A stretch of 64,000 nucleotides of DNA from Hypanus sabinus (lineage: Eukaryota): contig NC_082728.1 in the NCBI RefSeq assembly GCF_030144855.1, positions 42,842,001 through 42,906,000 on the forward strand, written 5' to 3'. A model generated the notes under the pieces. That model was not told the origin of the DNA. It did no database searches and worked only from the letters and a program-made list of their open reading frames with translations. This document shows, one piece after another, positions 13,301 through 26,245 of the stretch; position 1 is the stretch's first letter; each line of letters begins with the position of its first letter. The position numbers were made by a program, and so were the translations under genes.

Positions 13301-13941
13301 TACAACTATCAAAAGAAATACAATTATGCATCAGGACAAGGTTAGGAAGGACAAATAAAATTCACATCTCTCATGATAACACTCAAAGGCTAAGGGCTCC
13401 TCCATCCAGCAGTAATGCTCGAAGCATTAGTAAAATAACATCCTTTTTGACAGCTTTTCTACTCAATTACATATTTCTTCTTAGGCAAAGACGTGTGGGC
13501 GCATCCTGTCAAAATAACAGGTAACTTCATTTCTGGCAGATTTTAAACTTACATCTGCTGCACTAGAATTTCAGATTCAGTTTCTTTTTAGCACTGCCTC
13601 AGGATTAAAGATGACTTACTTCCACTGCAGTTCTGTGGTGACTAATGAGGGATCCACAGGCAATACCATAAATGGGGAAGGTAGTGTTGAAGGGAGGATG
13701 AAAGATCTCAATCCAAATTACAGACTTCTGGTCCCCTTTTACAGGTGCTGCCTGATCCGCTGAGTCCCTCCAGCATCTTGTTTGTTGCTCCAGATTCCAG
13801 CATTTTAAGTCTCTTATGTTTCAAAGTTTATAGGGACCCCAGATGCACATTAATTTGATCAGGAACATACTACCCCACATAAGACAAAAATGCAAGCTAA
13901 CTTAATGCAGACTTCCTGCAACTTCATGAAGTCTGGCTTAA

Positions 13942-14407
13942 CCCTGATTTATATTTCTGCATCAAATCTATGCGTAGGTACTGCGTACCCTACACCGTAC
14001 CCTATGCCGTAGGGTGACGTATACCTCCCCAAAAATGTAGCTCGCACACCACGGCGATGCAGACAGCAACAACTGTGATTGGTCCACTTGGCAGCATTGT
14101 ATTTCCTCCTACGCATTTCGGGCAGCTTTTTCTCCGCCACGTTTGCAGGTTGTGTGTACACCGATGCAAAATAAATGGTTGGAGACAATGAACCAAATAG
14201 TCAAACCTACCTGCTGACATTCAAAAATATTTGAAATGCATTTCCTCAGCCATGTCTCTCACGAAGAAACTCAACACAGTGGCATAGAAACCCCACCGCC
14301 AACTAGTGTTTTGGCAGCGAATTACAGAGTGATGTAGACACACCAACATACGCAGAAGTATAAATCAGGCCTACGGCGTAGTCCGTACGCAGAAGTATAA
14401 ATCAGCC
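13942..14407. mobile_element. Non-autonomous DNA transposon (MITE) with a duplicated right TIR
   Basis: TIR (C/G)(C/G)CTGATTTATA(T/C)TTCTGC at both ends, extra inner copy near 14351-14372, TTAA on both flanks, CpG-rich. PIF/Harbinger-like, but the superfamily is uncertain. Confidence 0.75.
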
Positions 14408-14499
14408 TTAATGTTTTGGTTATTTACAATATTCATTACCTAGTCTGTTGGGACAATTGTGAAATATTCTTCTTCCTAAATTTTCTTCATCACAACATT

Positions 14500-15025
14500 A
14501 AAAGTAATGATATATTATTCAAACTTTATAAAACACTGGTGAGGCATCACTTGGAGTATTGTGAGCCCCTTACCTTAGAAAGGATGTGCTGAAACTGGAA
14601 AGGGTTCAAAAGAGATTCATGAAATGACTCCAGGTTTAAATGGCTAGCGTCTGATGGCTCTGGGCCTGCATTCACTGCAATTCAGAAGAAGGGGTGACCT
14701 TATTGAAACCTATTGAATGGCGAAAGCCTTGAAAGAGTGGATGTGGAAAGGATGTTTCCAATGGATGGAGTGTCTAAGACCAGAGGACATAACTCAGAAC
14801 AAAGGGGCATCCTTTCAGAATGAAGAGGAGGAGGAATTTCTTTAGCTAGAGTGGTGAATCTGTGTAATTTGGAGGTCAAGTCTGAGGATTAAGGAAGAGT
14901 TTGCTAGATTTTTTAATTGCTTAACGTACGAAAGGATATGGGGAGAATGTAGGAGATTGGGGCTGAGAGGAAAAATGGATCAGTCATAATGAAATGGTCT
15001 AATTCTGCTTCTATGTCTTACGGCC
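14500..15025 (+). mobile_element. CR1 3' fragment
   Basis: LYKTLVRHHLEYC-type region and a CR1 tail. Confidence 0.8.
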
Positions 15026-17153
15026 TAAAATATCATGGTATAGACATGACGAATCCTGCTAATGCTGAGGTACATTATCAGTGATGTAACCTGGGGCATC
15101 GGGTGTTTTGGGTCTTTCACCATCACCTCTTGCCCAGGCGATCCAGCCAGAGTTGATCAGGCCCTGGCTTGTGTCCCAGCAGCACTGGTCCACAGGTCAC
15201 ACATCCTGAACCATAACTATGTGAAGGCTCACTCAGCAGCCTCTCTGACAGTTCTGATGGCTCTTCTCTTTACACGAGTGCAAGGTCAACTGCAGAGGGG
15301 ATCACAGACAAATTTACCATCTGCATTCTAGACTTCTGTATTACAGCTGGAACCACTGCATAGTACTCAAATTAACACTAAATTAATCATCTCCTTTGGC
15401 TCAAGAAACAAGAGTTTAAAAAGATTACAGATTCTACTGATGGGTTAGAAAGTTGTACTAATTTATCAGATGAAATACATACAAGTTCTTGATGACATTG
15501 GTTGGTATAAAAATGTTCACACAGAACATTCTTCTCCATGTTACAGTTTCAGTCGGGGGTGGAACGAGCAGGATTCCCTGGAATGTCATTCCAAAACACT
15601 ACCTGAATTTCCAAGTGTGAACAAAAGCAGAATTTGTCATGATTTGTCACAACATACTTATCTTACTTCTGGAAGTGTAGAAAGCAACAGAATACTCCGT
15701 ATAAACTTCAACTGGAAACAAAATCTGATCTACTGTATCAGCATAGATCAGAGAACCTCATACAGCACAGAACAGCTCTCAGATGATCTGAATCAGTTTG
15801 TCTAAGTGAATACAATTCAGTTTACCATTAATCGAGGCTTTTGCATTCTTTCTAATTGTCTTCAACTACTTTTCATATCAACATTGCCCGTCATGAGATA
15901 TCATTAAATAATTGACTGTGTCAGGACACTGCATCAAACACCAATATTACGCTATTTACATGTTAAATCAATCAGATAGCACTCAACCCAGACAGCATAT
16001 TTAAGAAAGCAGTACAATATGGACCTGAAGATCCAAATAGTAGAGTTGAGTTGAATTAGAAAAAAATGCAAGAACTACAAATATGCAAAATAGCAGAGGA
16101 GGAAGAATGACTTACTCAGCACTTTGTGCTTGCTCCATCCCTGATATCACCAGCACATGTCCTGAAACTTGTTAACTTTGCAGCAGCAGTACAATGCAAT
16201 ACAGGATAATATAGGGGAAAAGTCTGAATTACGCTAAATATATATATTAAATGGCTAAATTACATCCAACTGAAGAATAAGATATTTAAATGAAAATCAA
16301 TCAAATAGAGCAGCTTCTGAATATCTATTATCAATATGAAACACTCAACGGGTAAGATAAACTAAGGTTCTTGACTGGACATCAAAGATTATGGGGAGAA
16401 GGCCGGGAACTGGGGTTGAGGAGGTGACAGAAAAGAAAGGATCAGCCATGATTGAATGGTGGAGCAGACTCGATGGCCTAACTCTGCTCCTATGTCTTAA
16501 GAGTTAATTATTTCAGGTCAGGCACCCTTCACCAGAATTTTAACCTGTAACATGCTGCCTGACCCCGGACCTGCTAATTTCTTCCAGCATTTTCTGTTTA
16601 AATGGTCTTTTTGAAACCTCAGCTGTCCATTTCTTCACTATCGAGTAACCTTTCACTCCGTAATTTTTAACTTGCTTTTCCCCCCACTTGAATATGGTAG
16701 CCAGTAAGATATACGTATTATAGTGAAACCTGTGCATTAAAAAAAAGAATACGGGAAACAGAACCAAGCAATCGGATGAGTTTCAAGGGAGGGCGGACAC
16801 TGGGGCGCCAGTGAGTGTAGGAGTGAGTTTTCAGGCAGAATGGGATGCAAAAACTTTTAGGCTCAGAGGGAGCCTGATAATCAGCTCCCAGTATCTCAGA
16901 CACCGAACCAACAGGATTTCTATACTGTTGGACAGCGGGCTCAATGAGTTCTTAAAAAAAGTGAAATGACTCGACAGCCCTTTGGCGAAGAGAATTCAAA
17001 AGCGCACATCTCTCAAAGGTAAGATTTCCTCGTGTTTGCAATTCCCTGCAACTTGGCTTAATGGGAGAACCCCAAGTTGTGGATTCTGCCACAGGAGGAA
17101 GCACTGTGTCCTGGTCTACAGTGGCAGGCCTTTACTCTTTGTTTCAGACTTAC

Positions 17154-17501
17154 CTCATCGACCAGGGCTGAGAACTGTTCGAGAGGACAGTAAGCCAGGT
17201 CGCCAAACACCAAGTTCGTCTTCATGGAGTCCGTGTTCAGCTTGTCCTTGTGGCGTTTGACGAAGAAGACGGCTTTGTTCTTGCTAATGCTGGGGAAGTC
17301 CAGGCTGGGCATCAGCAGGCCGGCCTGGCTGAGGGAGACCACAAGGAGCAGGCGCTCGCTGCTGTCCAGGAACTCCTGGATCGTCAGCCGGTACTCCTCT
17401 GTGCCCGCACACTTCTGCCAGCGATCAGCCTTAAGCTTCATGGTCTTCAGCACATAGTCCTGCAGGAAGTCCCACCGCTTATCGGAGCTGCTGTCCCCCA
17501 T
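17154..17501 (-). CDS. DNAH9: Axonemal outer-arm dynein beta heavy chain, coding exon 1 (348 nt, 116 codons)
   Basis: ATG at 17501. MGDSSSDKRWDFLQDYVLKTMKLKADRWQKCAG...KAVFFVK...LVFGDLAYCPLEQFSALVDE matches the DNAH9/11/17 N-terminus. Ends GAG|GTAAGT (phase 0). The paralog call rests on exon 2/3 similarity and linkage to ELAC2. Confidence 0.85.
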
Positions 17502-17960
17502 TGCTCGCTTCAAAAATCACCCCCTCCCGGTGTCCTGTGTCCGGGGCGGCCGAACTCCGCTCGTCCGGGAGCCCGATTGCGGAGTGAGGCGCTCAGCGTG
17601 TCGTGTCCATGGCAACGAGTTTGTTTACGGCTTGTTCAAACACGTGGAGCTTGGAAGAAGGAGGGGAAGAGAGGGAGTGGCAGCTTTAGCCAATACCCCT
17701 GGCAACTGTAGTCAACGACAAACCCCATACTGCATGTAATTCCTCCTCCTCTTGTCCGCCAACCCACCATTGCAGCCGTCTCGCCCCTTCCCCACAGTGC
17801 GTTCGACCGTAACTAACCCCAAACTGCAGACAGTTCACCCTCTCCAATTTCCCAACCGCAGGCAATTCTAGCCTTCTCCCATTCATCCCTTGTTCCCCCC
17901 CCCCCCCCCCCGCTTCACCTCACCCCATAAGGTAGTACTAATTCCTCCCAGTAACGGCGG
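17502..17960 (-). promoter_or_regulatory. CpG-rich dynein promoter/5'UTR with RFX X-box, forkhead site, CCAAT box and MYB-like sites
   Basis: GTGTCCATGGCAAC at 17603-17616 (X-box). TGTTTAC at 17622-17628 (FOX). CCAAT at 17690-17694. Second X-box half site CCTGGCAAC at 17698-17706, overlapping CAACTG. TAACGG near 17953. Local CpG enrichment over about 16.8-18.0 kb. Confidence 0.7.
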
Positions 17961-18859
17961 CCAATTCACCCACACACACAAGCGAAACAGCTCCAGTCAA
18001 CTCACTTCCCCTTCAGCACCCCCAGCAATTGTGACCAACTTTAACCATACTTGCAGCAAGTTACCAACATGATATCCCCACCCACATTGTCTATGTTCCT
18101 TCTTTCCCATTCTTGTTACGTCTGTTTCTTTAGGAGGCAGCCACTTAATCCATCACTTCTATGTCAGCTCTTGGAGAAATTCCAATCCCACTTAGTTTTC
18201 CTTGATCTATTCTCCTCAGGTATCCAACAAATTGCCCTTGGTTCTTCCACTCGCCTGCACAGCTCTTCAGCTTTGCATTTTAACTCACCTCATTGAAACT
18301 AGGAGAAACGTTGCAGGCATCCCATTTCTTAAATAAGATGGGACAAATGCTATAGATGAAGTCAGCACAAGAAGCTGCTAATTTCTGCCTCATGATACTG
18401 AAGGAACTTGTTCTCCCTTACCAACAAAGAGGTAATATTAAATATTAAAACCCTCATAGTTGTTATTTTAATCTGGATGAGTCCTTAGTGAATTGAGTAC
18501 AGAACAGAGTGAACAAAGGGAATATAAATCAACATGGTATGTGTCACATTTGCATTTAGCTCCTGTGTGTGGGAGGCCAAAGGGAGACGTCCAGATGACA
18601 AAGCATATTCAAAGTGAAACACTGTTCCTCTCGCCGCAGATGCTACCAGAATATTTCCGACCATTCTCATATTTATTTCAATTCCCAGAACTTAAGTTTC
18701 TTTTTTCCTTTCATGATATCGATCGCCTCTATCAGGGGAGCTCACAATCTTCTCTTTTCTCAAGAAATTAATTTCAAAGTGCAATGTTACAAATTGAATA
18801 AAATGAAGGCAAAATTATTATAGAGAATGCAGAGTCCTGAAGAAAGCTTTCGGCACATG

Positions 18860-20165
18860 GGTGTTCATAAATCAATGTTTTGACTACAGGAGCTGGGACG
18901 TTACGTTGAAGTTGTATAAGACGATGGTGAGACCCAATTTGGAGTAGTGTGTGCAGATTTGATCAACTATCTGTAGGAAAGAAGGAAGCAAAGTTGAAAA
19001 TGTACAGAGAAAATTTTCAAGGATGTTGCCAGGTCTGTAAGACCTGAGTTGTAAGTAAAGATTGAATAGGTTAGGCAACACACACCAGTTGCTGGAGGAA
19101 CTCGGCAGGTCAGGCAGCATCCATGGAAAAGGGTAAACAGCTGATGTTTTGGCCGGAGACCCTTTATCAGGACAGCAAAAAAAAGATGAGATGTTAGAAT
19201 AAGAAAGTGGGGTAGGGGAGGAAGAAGTAGGTGAGAGGTGAAACAGGGAGAGGGGGAGTGGTAAAGGTAAAGTGTAACACCTTAAATTCCATCTTGGAAT
19301 TCCAGCCTGATGAATTAACATTGATTTCACAAACATTCAGTAGTTGCCCCCCCCACTACTATTCCCCCATTCCTGTTTCATACTCTCACCTTATCTCCTT
19401 ACCTGCTCGTCACCTCCCTTGGTGCTCCTCCCCTTTCTTTCATGGTCTTCTACCCTCTCCTATTAGGTTCCCCCATTTCCAGCCCTTTAAATCTTTCACC
19501 AATCAACTTCCCAGCTCTTTACTTCACCCCTCCACCCTCCCGATTTCATCTATCACCTTCCGCCATGTGCTTCTTCTCCTCCCCCCACCTTCTTACTCCA
19601 ACTTCTCATCTTTTTTCCAGTTCTGATGAAGGATTTCTGCCCGAACCATCAGCTGTTTACTCTTTTCCGTAGATGCTGCCTGAGCTACTGAGTTCCTCCA
19701 TGATTTTATGTGTGTTACTTGGATTTCCATCATCTACAGATTTTCTGATGTAGAGAAAATCTTGATTAAGACTATTTTTTTTGAACATAGAAGATTAAGA
19801 AATTTGCTAGAGGTATACAAAATTATGAGGGTATAGATAGGGTTAATGCAAGCAGGTTTTTTTCCACTGAGTTCGGGTGGGACTACAACCAGAGGTCATG
19901 GGTTAAGGGTGAAAGGTGAGAAGTTTAAGGGGGAAATTTCTTTTCTCTGAGGGGTGTGAGAGCGTGGAATGAGCTACAGCACAAGTGGTGCATGCAAGCT
20001 TGATTTCAACATTTAAGAAAAGTTTGGCTAGGTGCATGGAGAGAGCGATATGGAGGGCTGTGGTCCTGGGTGCAGGTCGATGGAAATAAGCAGTTTAAAT
20101 ATGTGTCAGCATAGACTAGATGGGCTGAATGGCCTGTTTCAGTGCTTTACTTTTCTATGATTCTA
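18860..20165 (+). mobile_element. CR1 3' fragment interrupted by a PLE insertion
   Basis: LYKTMVRPNLE..VQI region before 19075. CR1 sequence resumes near 19770 and runs to the tail at about 20165. Confidence 0.78.
19076..19750. mobile_element. Penelope-like terminal repeats in inverted (back-to-back) arrangement
   Basis: 19076-19250 is an inverted copy of about 19560-19720. Both arms carry decayed CTGATGA...GAAA hammerhead motifs and the GATGCTGCCTG..CTGAGTTCCTCCA tail. Confidence 0.75.
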
Positions 20166-20806
20166 CCCAGGACCAATCCTTCATTCCTTTTCATTAAATC
20201 CTCTCCACAAAAGCCCTTTCTTCCCATGCATCTTAATTTTTCCATAAATAACTAAATGTTAATCATCTGAGCACTCCTCTGTGGTAACCATTTTCAAATC
20301 TAAACAACTCATGGTGAGGATGTTCCACTTGATTATCTGTTGGATATATTTTTGGCCATCTTTTAATGTTGGTGTTTCTCTCAACTGAGAACAATTTCTC
20401 TATGATTTTATAACTCAGCCTTCCCTTTTCTAAAGAATTTCAATTCAATGTTACAAATTTCCTTATCGATATAACCTCTGTCTGGCATTATTCAATTCCT
20501 TTATAACATGTACACCAGAACTGCCCTAGAAATATGAGATAACCAAAGTCCACTATGAATGTAACACTACCTCTGTGCTTCTCAATCCTGCAGTACATAT
20601 ATCCTGCACTTTATTTGCTTTGTTATGATCTCATTAACCTATGTGACTACTCTTAAAGATTATATTTCTACACCTCTTTGCTCCTCTACCACATTTAGAC
20701 TCTTACTTTAGGACTCTGCCTCCTTCAATTGTTTGCTGTCCCATCAATTGTTTAGTGTAACAACATACAAAATGCAATTGAAGTGGTAATAATGTCGTTA
20801 GAAATA

Positions 20807-21280
20807 CAAGGGATGATTGATAAGTTCGTGGCCCAAGGTAGAAGGAGTCAATTTTAGAAAACCTAGCACATTTATTTTTCAACATAGTCCCCTCCTACAT
20901 TTACACACTTAGTCCAGCGGTCGTGGACCATATGGATCTTGGACCTCTGTAAAGTGTCCACAGCAGTGGTGATTGATAAGTTCGTGGCTTAAGGTAGAAG
21001 GAAATGAGTTATACAGCTTTCGTTACATGCACATGCAGTTCAACTGTGAGTGATTATGCAGAAAGTTTGAAGTTATTAACTCATCTCCATCTACCTTAGG
21101 CCACGAACTTATCAATCACCCCTGCTGCGGACACTTTCCAGAGGTTCAAGATCTGTATGCCCTACGACGACTGGACTAAGTGTGTAAATGTAGAAGGGGA
21201 CTATGTTGAAAAATAAATGTGCTAGGTTTTCTAAAATTGACTCCTTCTATCTTAGGCCACAAACTTATCAATCACCCTGG
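20807..21280. mobile_element. Tc1/mariner-type palindromic MITE
   Basis: About 200-bp inverted arms, TA TSD at 20805-20806 and 21281-21282. The terminal motif TGATTGATAAGTTCGTGGC.TAAGGTAGAAGG is repeated internally in each arm. Confidence 0.9.
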
Positions 21281-24200
21281 TACCGCTTCCATTAATGTAA
21301 ATTTATTTCAGTTAGTATATCTGTTATAATTTGCAACACATGCCCTGATTCCCTTTTAACTATAATATAGAGTATGGCAGGATGTGGGTTGAGAGGGGGG
21401 ATCGATTTTATTATGGATCACCATGTCCCTCTTTAACCTTGCTATAGGTCTTGGAACCATCTGGCAAAGATTTTCTTGCAATTCTTCATTAACAATTGAC
21501 AAATTGTTTCTCAAATCCATGGGTCAATTTTTGTTGTCATGGTGAGCCAGTCACCGAAATTGCAATTCATTTTATCACATTCCTAGCTGAGAATTTACAG
21601 AACTAAGCTGGCTCCAGTCTCTACGTGGAGCCTGTGCCATGCAAGGATAATATCCGGTGGTGCATTCAAGTCAGGCCCCTGTCACAAAGCTATCAGAAAC
21701 ACTCAAAAACTATGAAAATTCAAAATAAAAATACTTAAGAGCATAAAATATTTACAAAACTTTTAATAAACTCGATCATTTGAACAAAAATTAAGCATTG
21801 TCATTAATCCCCCAGTCTCATCTTATATAAATTGTTAGGAACTGATATTTTCTCAAGGGGCATAACAGGCAGATATAGATATGGTTTATGTGTCCAGAAC
21901 TGGGAGTTACAGCGTTGAATTAAAACAGCGAAGCAGCCTGGAAAGATATGAAAAAAAGTTTCTTCATCCAGAGTTAATGGATTTTGGAATGCACTGCACA
22001 CAAGGGTTGTGGAGGGTCCCTGACTAAGTATATCCATAAGCTTGTTGAAGTTAAGTAAATGAACGGATTGGAGGTCATTGCAAGGAGGTGACACTGACAG
22101 AAAAGATAGCTACAATCTGTTAGATGAAGCAGGCAAGGGGGGCTGTATGATCTGCTTCTGCTTCTATTTCTTATGTTCATGGAATACGGAGAAACAACCC
22201 TCTTCTTCATAACAGAATCTTACTTTCAGATTAATGCTGATCAATTCAATGTAATAAAGTCTGACCAGCCTTTTGATTTATGAAATTAACCCATATAAAA
22301 TCAATTTTACAGAAAAGTAGTTGTTATACTAAGACAATATTACACAAACAGTCCTTTATATTCATTAAATTATAATTACACATATTGCTATCTTAACCAC
22401 TTACAATCTTTCAAATGGATCTTGGTCTTACCAAGAATGGAGTGATTATGCAAAACAGAATGAGACCTCTTCAGCTTCACCAGAAACTTTAGCAATATCA
22501 ATTGTTAATTAAAATCCTCATCCCATTCATCTGCCTAGGAATTTATTGGAAACAGACCGCTTGAACTAAATAGCAAAGCAACAATTGATTGTTAAAAAAA
22601 AATCAATGCACTTAATGTTATTAAGTCACCAAGCAACCACAAATGCTATTATTTTTTCAGTCTCAATGGCAGCAAGGATAAATATAGCATTACTTGAGTT
22701 GCATTTATCATTGATTTTAATTAAAGCAGAACTATGGTAAATATCTGTTGATTGTTCAACAGAGGTAGATCAGAAGAATCCCTAAGTAGTTTACCACTTG
22801 TTGCTGAAAAAAAAAGGCTGGTGAAGGTAACAGGGCAATTGGAACCTCAGTATAATCTGAGAGCTATGAAGACTAATAGAAAAGATGAACTGGGGATTGG
22901 AGTGGACTAGTAGCAACCAACTGCGAGAAGAGAACTAAAGCACAAAATGCTATTCAATTAAGTATAAAACATTTTCAATTTAATTGTTTTAAATCACAAA
23001 GCATATGCCACAGAAATGAAGTTAAACATTAAAATGGGTATATAACCAGACAACAGTGGAAAAACTCAGCAAATCCACCAGCATTTCTGGAGGGAAATTG
23101 AGATAACATTTCAGTTCAATCATCCCTCTTTAGAACACCAAAACTTATTTTACTGGTTGGCTCTGCATTTTCCGTTATAATTAACAATATAAATATGCTT
23201 AATGATCAGATTAAACTTTCCATAGTTTGTTTGCAACAGCCATTGCTTTCAAATTCATCAGAGATTAAGCTGTAGCAAACATTAAAAACAGGAGCAGGAT
23301 AAGCTATTGGCTCCTTAAGCTTGCCTTGCTTTCTAAATCATCAGCTACTTTTAATATATTGGTCCAGCTTCATGGTACTTGATACATACATACCTTAAAA
23401 AGACCTGAACAATATCTTAAAAAGATATCTTACCTTTATTTCCAGTCCTGAGGAATGGTCTCAGCCCAAAACTTCAACTGTTTACTCTTTTCCATAGATG
23501 CTGCTTGGCCTGCAGAGTTCTTTCAGTATTTAGTGGGTGTTCCTTAAAACTTTCTGGTACCTTTTTGTATATAATTATTTGCCTTTAACTGTTATTTGTG
23601 GTACAGAATAACAGTTTCACCACTCTGAGAAAATGTTTATCTTCATTGCAGCTTTAAATAGCTTAGCTTTATCCTTGGATTGCAACCTGTGGTCGTAGCT
23701 TCTCCAGCTATTAGGAATATACTTCTTGGATCTAATTAGATCAGTCCTGTTAGAATTTTGTAAGTTTCCATGAGATATCCTTTCAATCTTTTAAACTCTA
23801 GTGAATACGAGCCTAATTGACCCAATCTCCCTTCATAAGTCAGTCCTGCCATCCTAGTAATTAGTCTGGTAATGGACGGGCCGGGAGTAAGTGATATTCT
23901 GATATGATTGACTATCAAGGTTCACAGTTCATAGCATTTCACTTATTCCTCTGAATATGAGATCCTACATTAACCTTAGTATGGGATGCACATTAATCCT
24001 GGTGTTCAACATTTTTCAGTCAAGAGATTTTAACCAAGACATTTCAACCAAGAGATTTTAACGAAGTTAGGCATTTTGTAATGCCAAAAGCTGCCTCAAG
24101 TTAAAACCTGAAATATTACTTAAGTATTATTATTTAAATGAAACCAGAATTAGTTAAACTTTAGCAATATAAAGCAAATAACTATAATAGTGAACACATT

Positions 24201-24349
24201 AACAACAAAATCCATTGTATGACCAGCTTCAAATCAGTAGTCATCCTTAGCTGCACAAAAAAGTAAAAAGACTACAATGTACATTGTATAATACACATCA
24301 TCTAACAATTTCGTTCCCACATAAATTATAAACTAAGATAACATTATCA

Positions 24350-25000
24350 GACAGACACTCTGCCTTCCTACATTCCAATGAGTTCTCCCGGAGCAGCCAC
24401 ATCTACATCAAGCGACACCATCGCTCCATCTGTTGCAACATCCAGGATCTCCTGGTGGCCAGCCATTTTAATTCCACTTCCCACTTCCACACGGACATGT
24501 CTGTCCAAGGCCTCCTCCCTGTCAAATTGAGGCCAGAAAGAGTTTTGAAGTGCAACACATCACCTTGTCTTGGTAGTCTCCAAACTGATGCCATCAAGAG
24601 CTGTATATCTAACTTCCAGTATCCACTCCCATCTTTGTTTTCACTTATTCCTGTGGACCCTTTATCACTTCTCTTTGCTATCCTCTGTCATCACAAAATC
24701 TACCCAACACCTTCGTCTGGTTCCCCACCTGCTTCCCTTTATTCTATGATCTACTGTCATCTATTAGGTTCCTTCTTCAGTCCATTTCCTCTTCCACATT
24801 CCCAACTTCATGCATCATTCCCCCCTCCCCCCACTCTACTGTCTTCTTTCTCTCTCCAGGATTCACCCAGTCACCTGCCAGTTCATGTTCCTCCCACTCT
24901 CCTTATACTCTGGCTTCTATCATCTTCCAGAAATAAACTATCAAGGATTTGGGCCATAGGGTCTTGGACCAAATACTTGTTTATTTCTCTCCACAAATTC
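24350..25000 (+). mobile_element. PLE 3' fragment (end of GIY-YIG domain plus pseudo-LTR)
   Basis: QDLLVASHFNSTSHFHTDMSV and LGSLQTDAI, homologous to the PLE at 41.0-41.2 kb. Confidence 0.75.
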
Positions 25001-26245
25001 TGTATGCGTGGTGTATTGGGGGAGGGGGGGGGAGTGAGTAAGTGAGAGTGTGTGTGTGTGTGTGTTCCAATGAGTTGAATTCTTTTTGCTGTGAACTGTG
25101 AATGCACTTGTACAGACATATTACAGAACCACAACACCTTTTAACTATCTCTGATATTCCTTCATTTTCCATCTGTCCCTACTTTTACATCCAACATTGT
25201 TCAATATTTTAAATTTATCAGCACATAACTGCTCTCAACAACATGAACCTATTTTGCAGCATCATCCTTGACTGAAAAAATCCATCATTCCAACTGCAAT
25301 TATTCTCACAGGGAAGTGTCTCTTCAAATTCACTTTTAAGATCCCTTTCCTGAACATAACCACAGCCCACTGACCTCAACTTTTTAAGGACATGTTTTTT
25401 TAGGTTTTTCTCCTTTGTTTCCACATCAGCAGCTCAAGATCAGCTTTTAATGCTTCCTCATTCCAACATTCGCTCTGCATGGTAATTAAATTGAGTCCCA
25501 AATTAGTTGAACAGGGCAAAATTCAAAAATCAGTTATTTTCCATCACAGTTGTTAAAATATTTTCAGCCCTGCTTTTAAAATATTTTACATTTAAACAAA
25601 CTTCAGCACCTCCATCTTATCTCTTAAATCCATTCTTCCTTCCATGAGGTATGCACTCCATCAGATGTTACAATACTGCAAGGGAAATATATTGATAGAA
25701 AGGCTTGTTGAGGTTGTAATTTGGATCAGCTTGTTTCACAAAACAAATGCAGTAATTGTACCTATTTACTGTATATCTACTAACTTTATTAAAAATTCCT
25801 GGTTGACAAATAGCCAATTGAACATATTACTGTTTAGTTAATGACCAGAAATTTGCAGCAAAACGTTAAGAACTTTTATTCAGTGTTGTTCGTTAATGTA
25901 AGTTGCAGATGTTTGAATACACCATGTTTGTCACAAACTTTATTAAAACAGTTGTAGATGAGTGTCCCCAGAAAGATCATTCAGTCTTCCCCAACCAGTA
26001 GCACTGGATGAAGCACAAGATTCACGATGCTGAAGGCCAGATCAGACATTCAAGTCCAGTGACCAAGAAAGTTATAAGAGGTCCAGGAACAATCACCTCG
26101 AATGATCTGTGCGGGAGAGTATATTGACTAGCTGCATCATAGTCTGCAACGGAAACATCAATGCCCTTGGAACTGAAAATCCTAAAAAAAGAAATGAATA
26201 TGGCCCAGTCTATCATGGTAAAGCCCTCCCCACTGAGCTCCTCTA

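Noticed and set aside
12567-13345. Plus-strand ORFs that at first suggested a retroviral integrase/env or a novel gene
   Set aside because: The opposite strand carries decayed RTE RT motifs (VRQGCVITP, IFTLHQLQ), so the ORFs are shadows of an old LINE.
17224-17739. Plus-strand ORFs of 69-153 aa overlapping dynein exon 1 and the promoter
   Set aside because: These are antisense frames in GC-rich, stop-poor sequence with no recognisable protein similarity.
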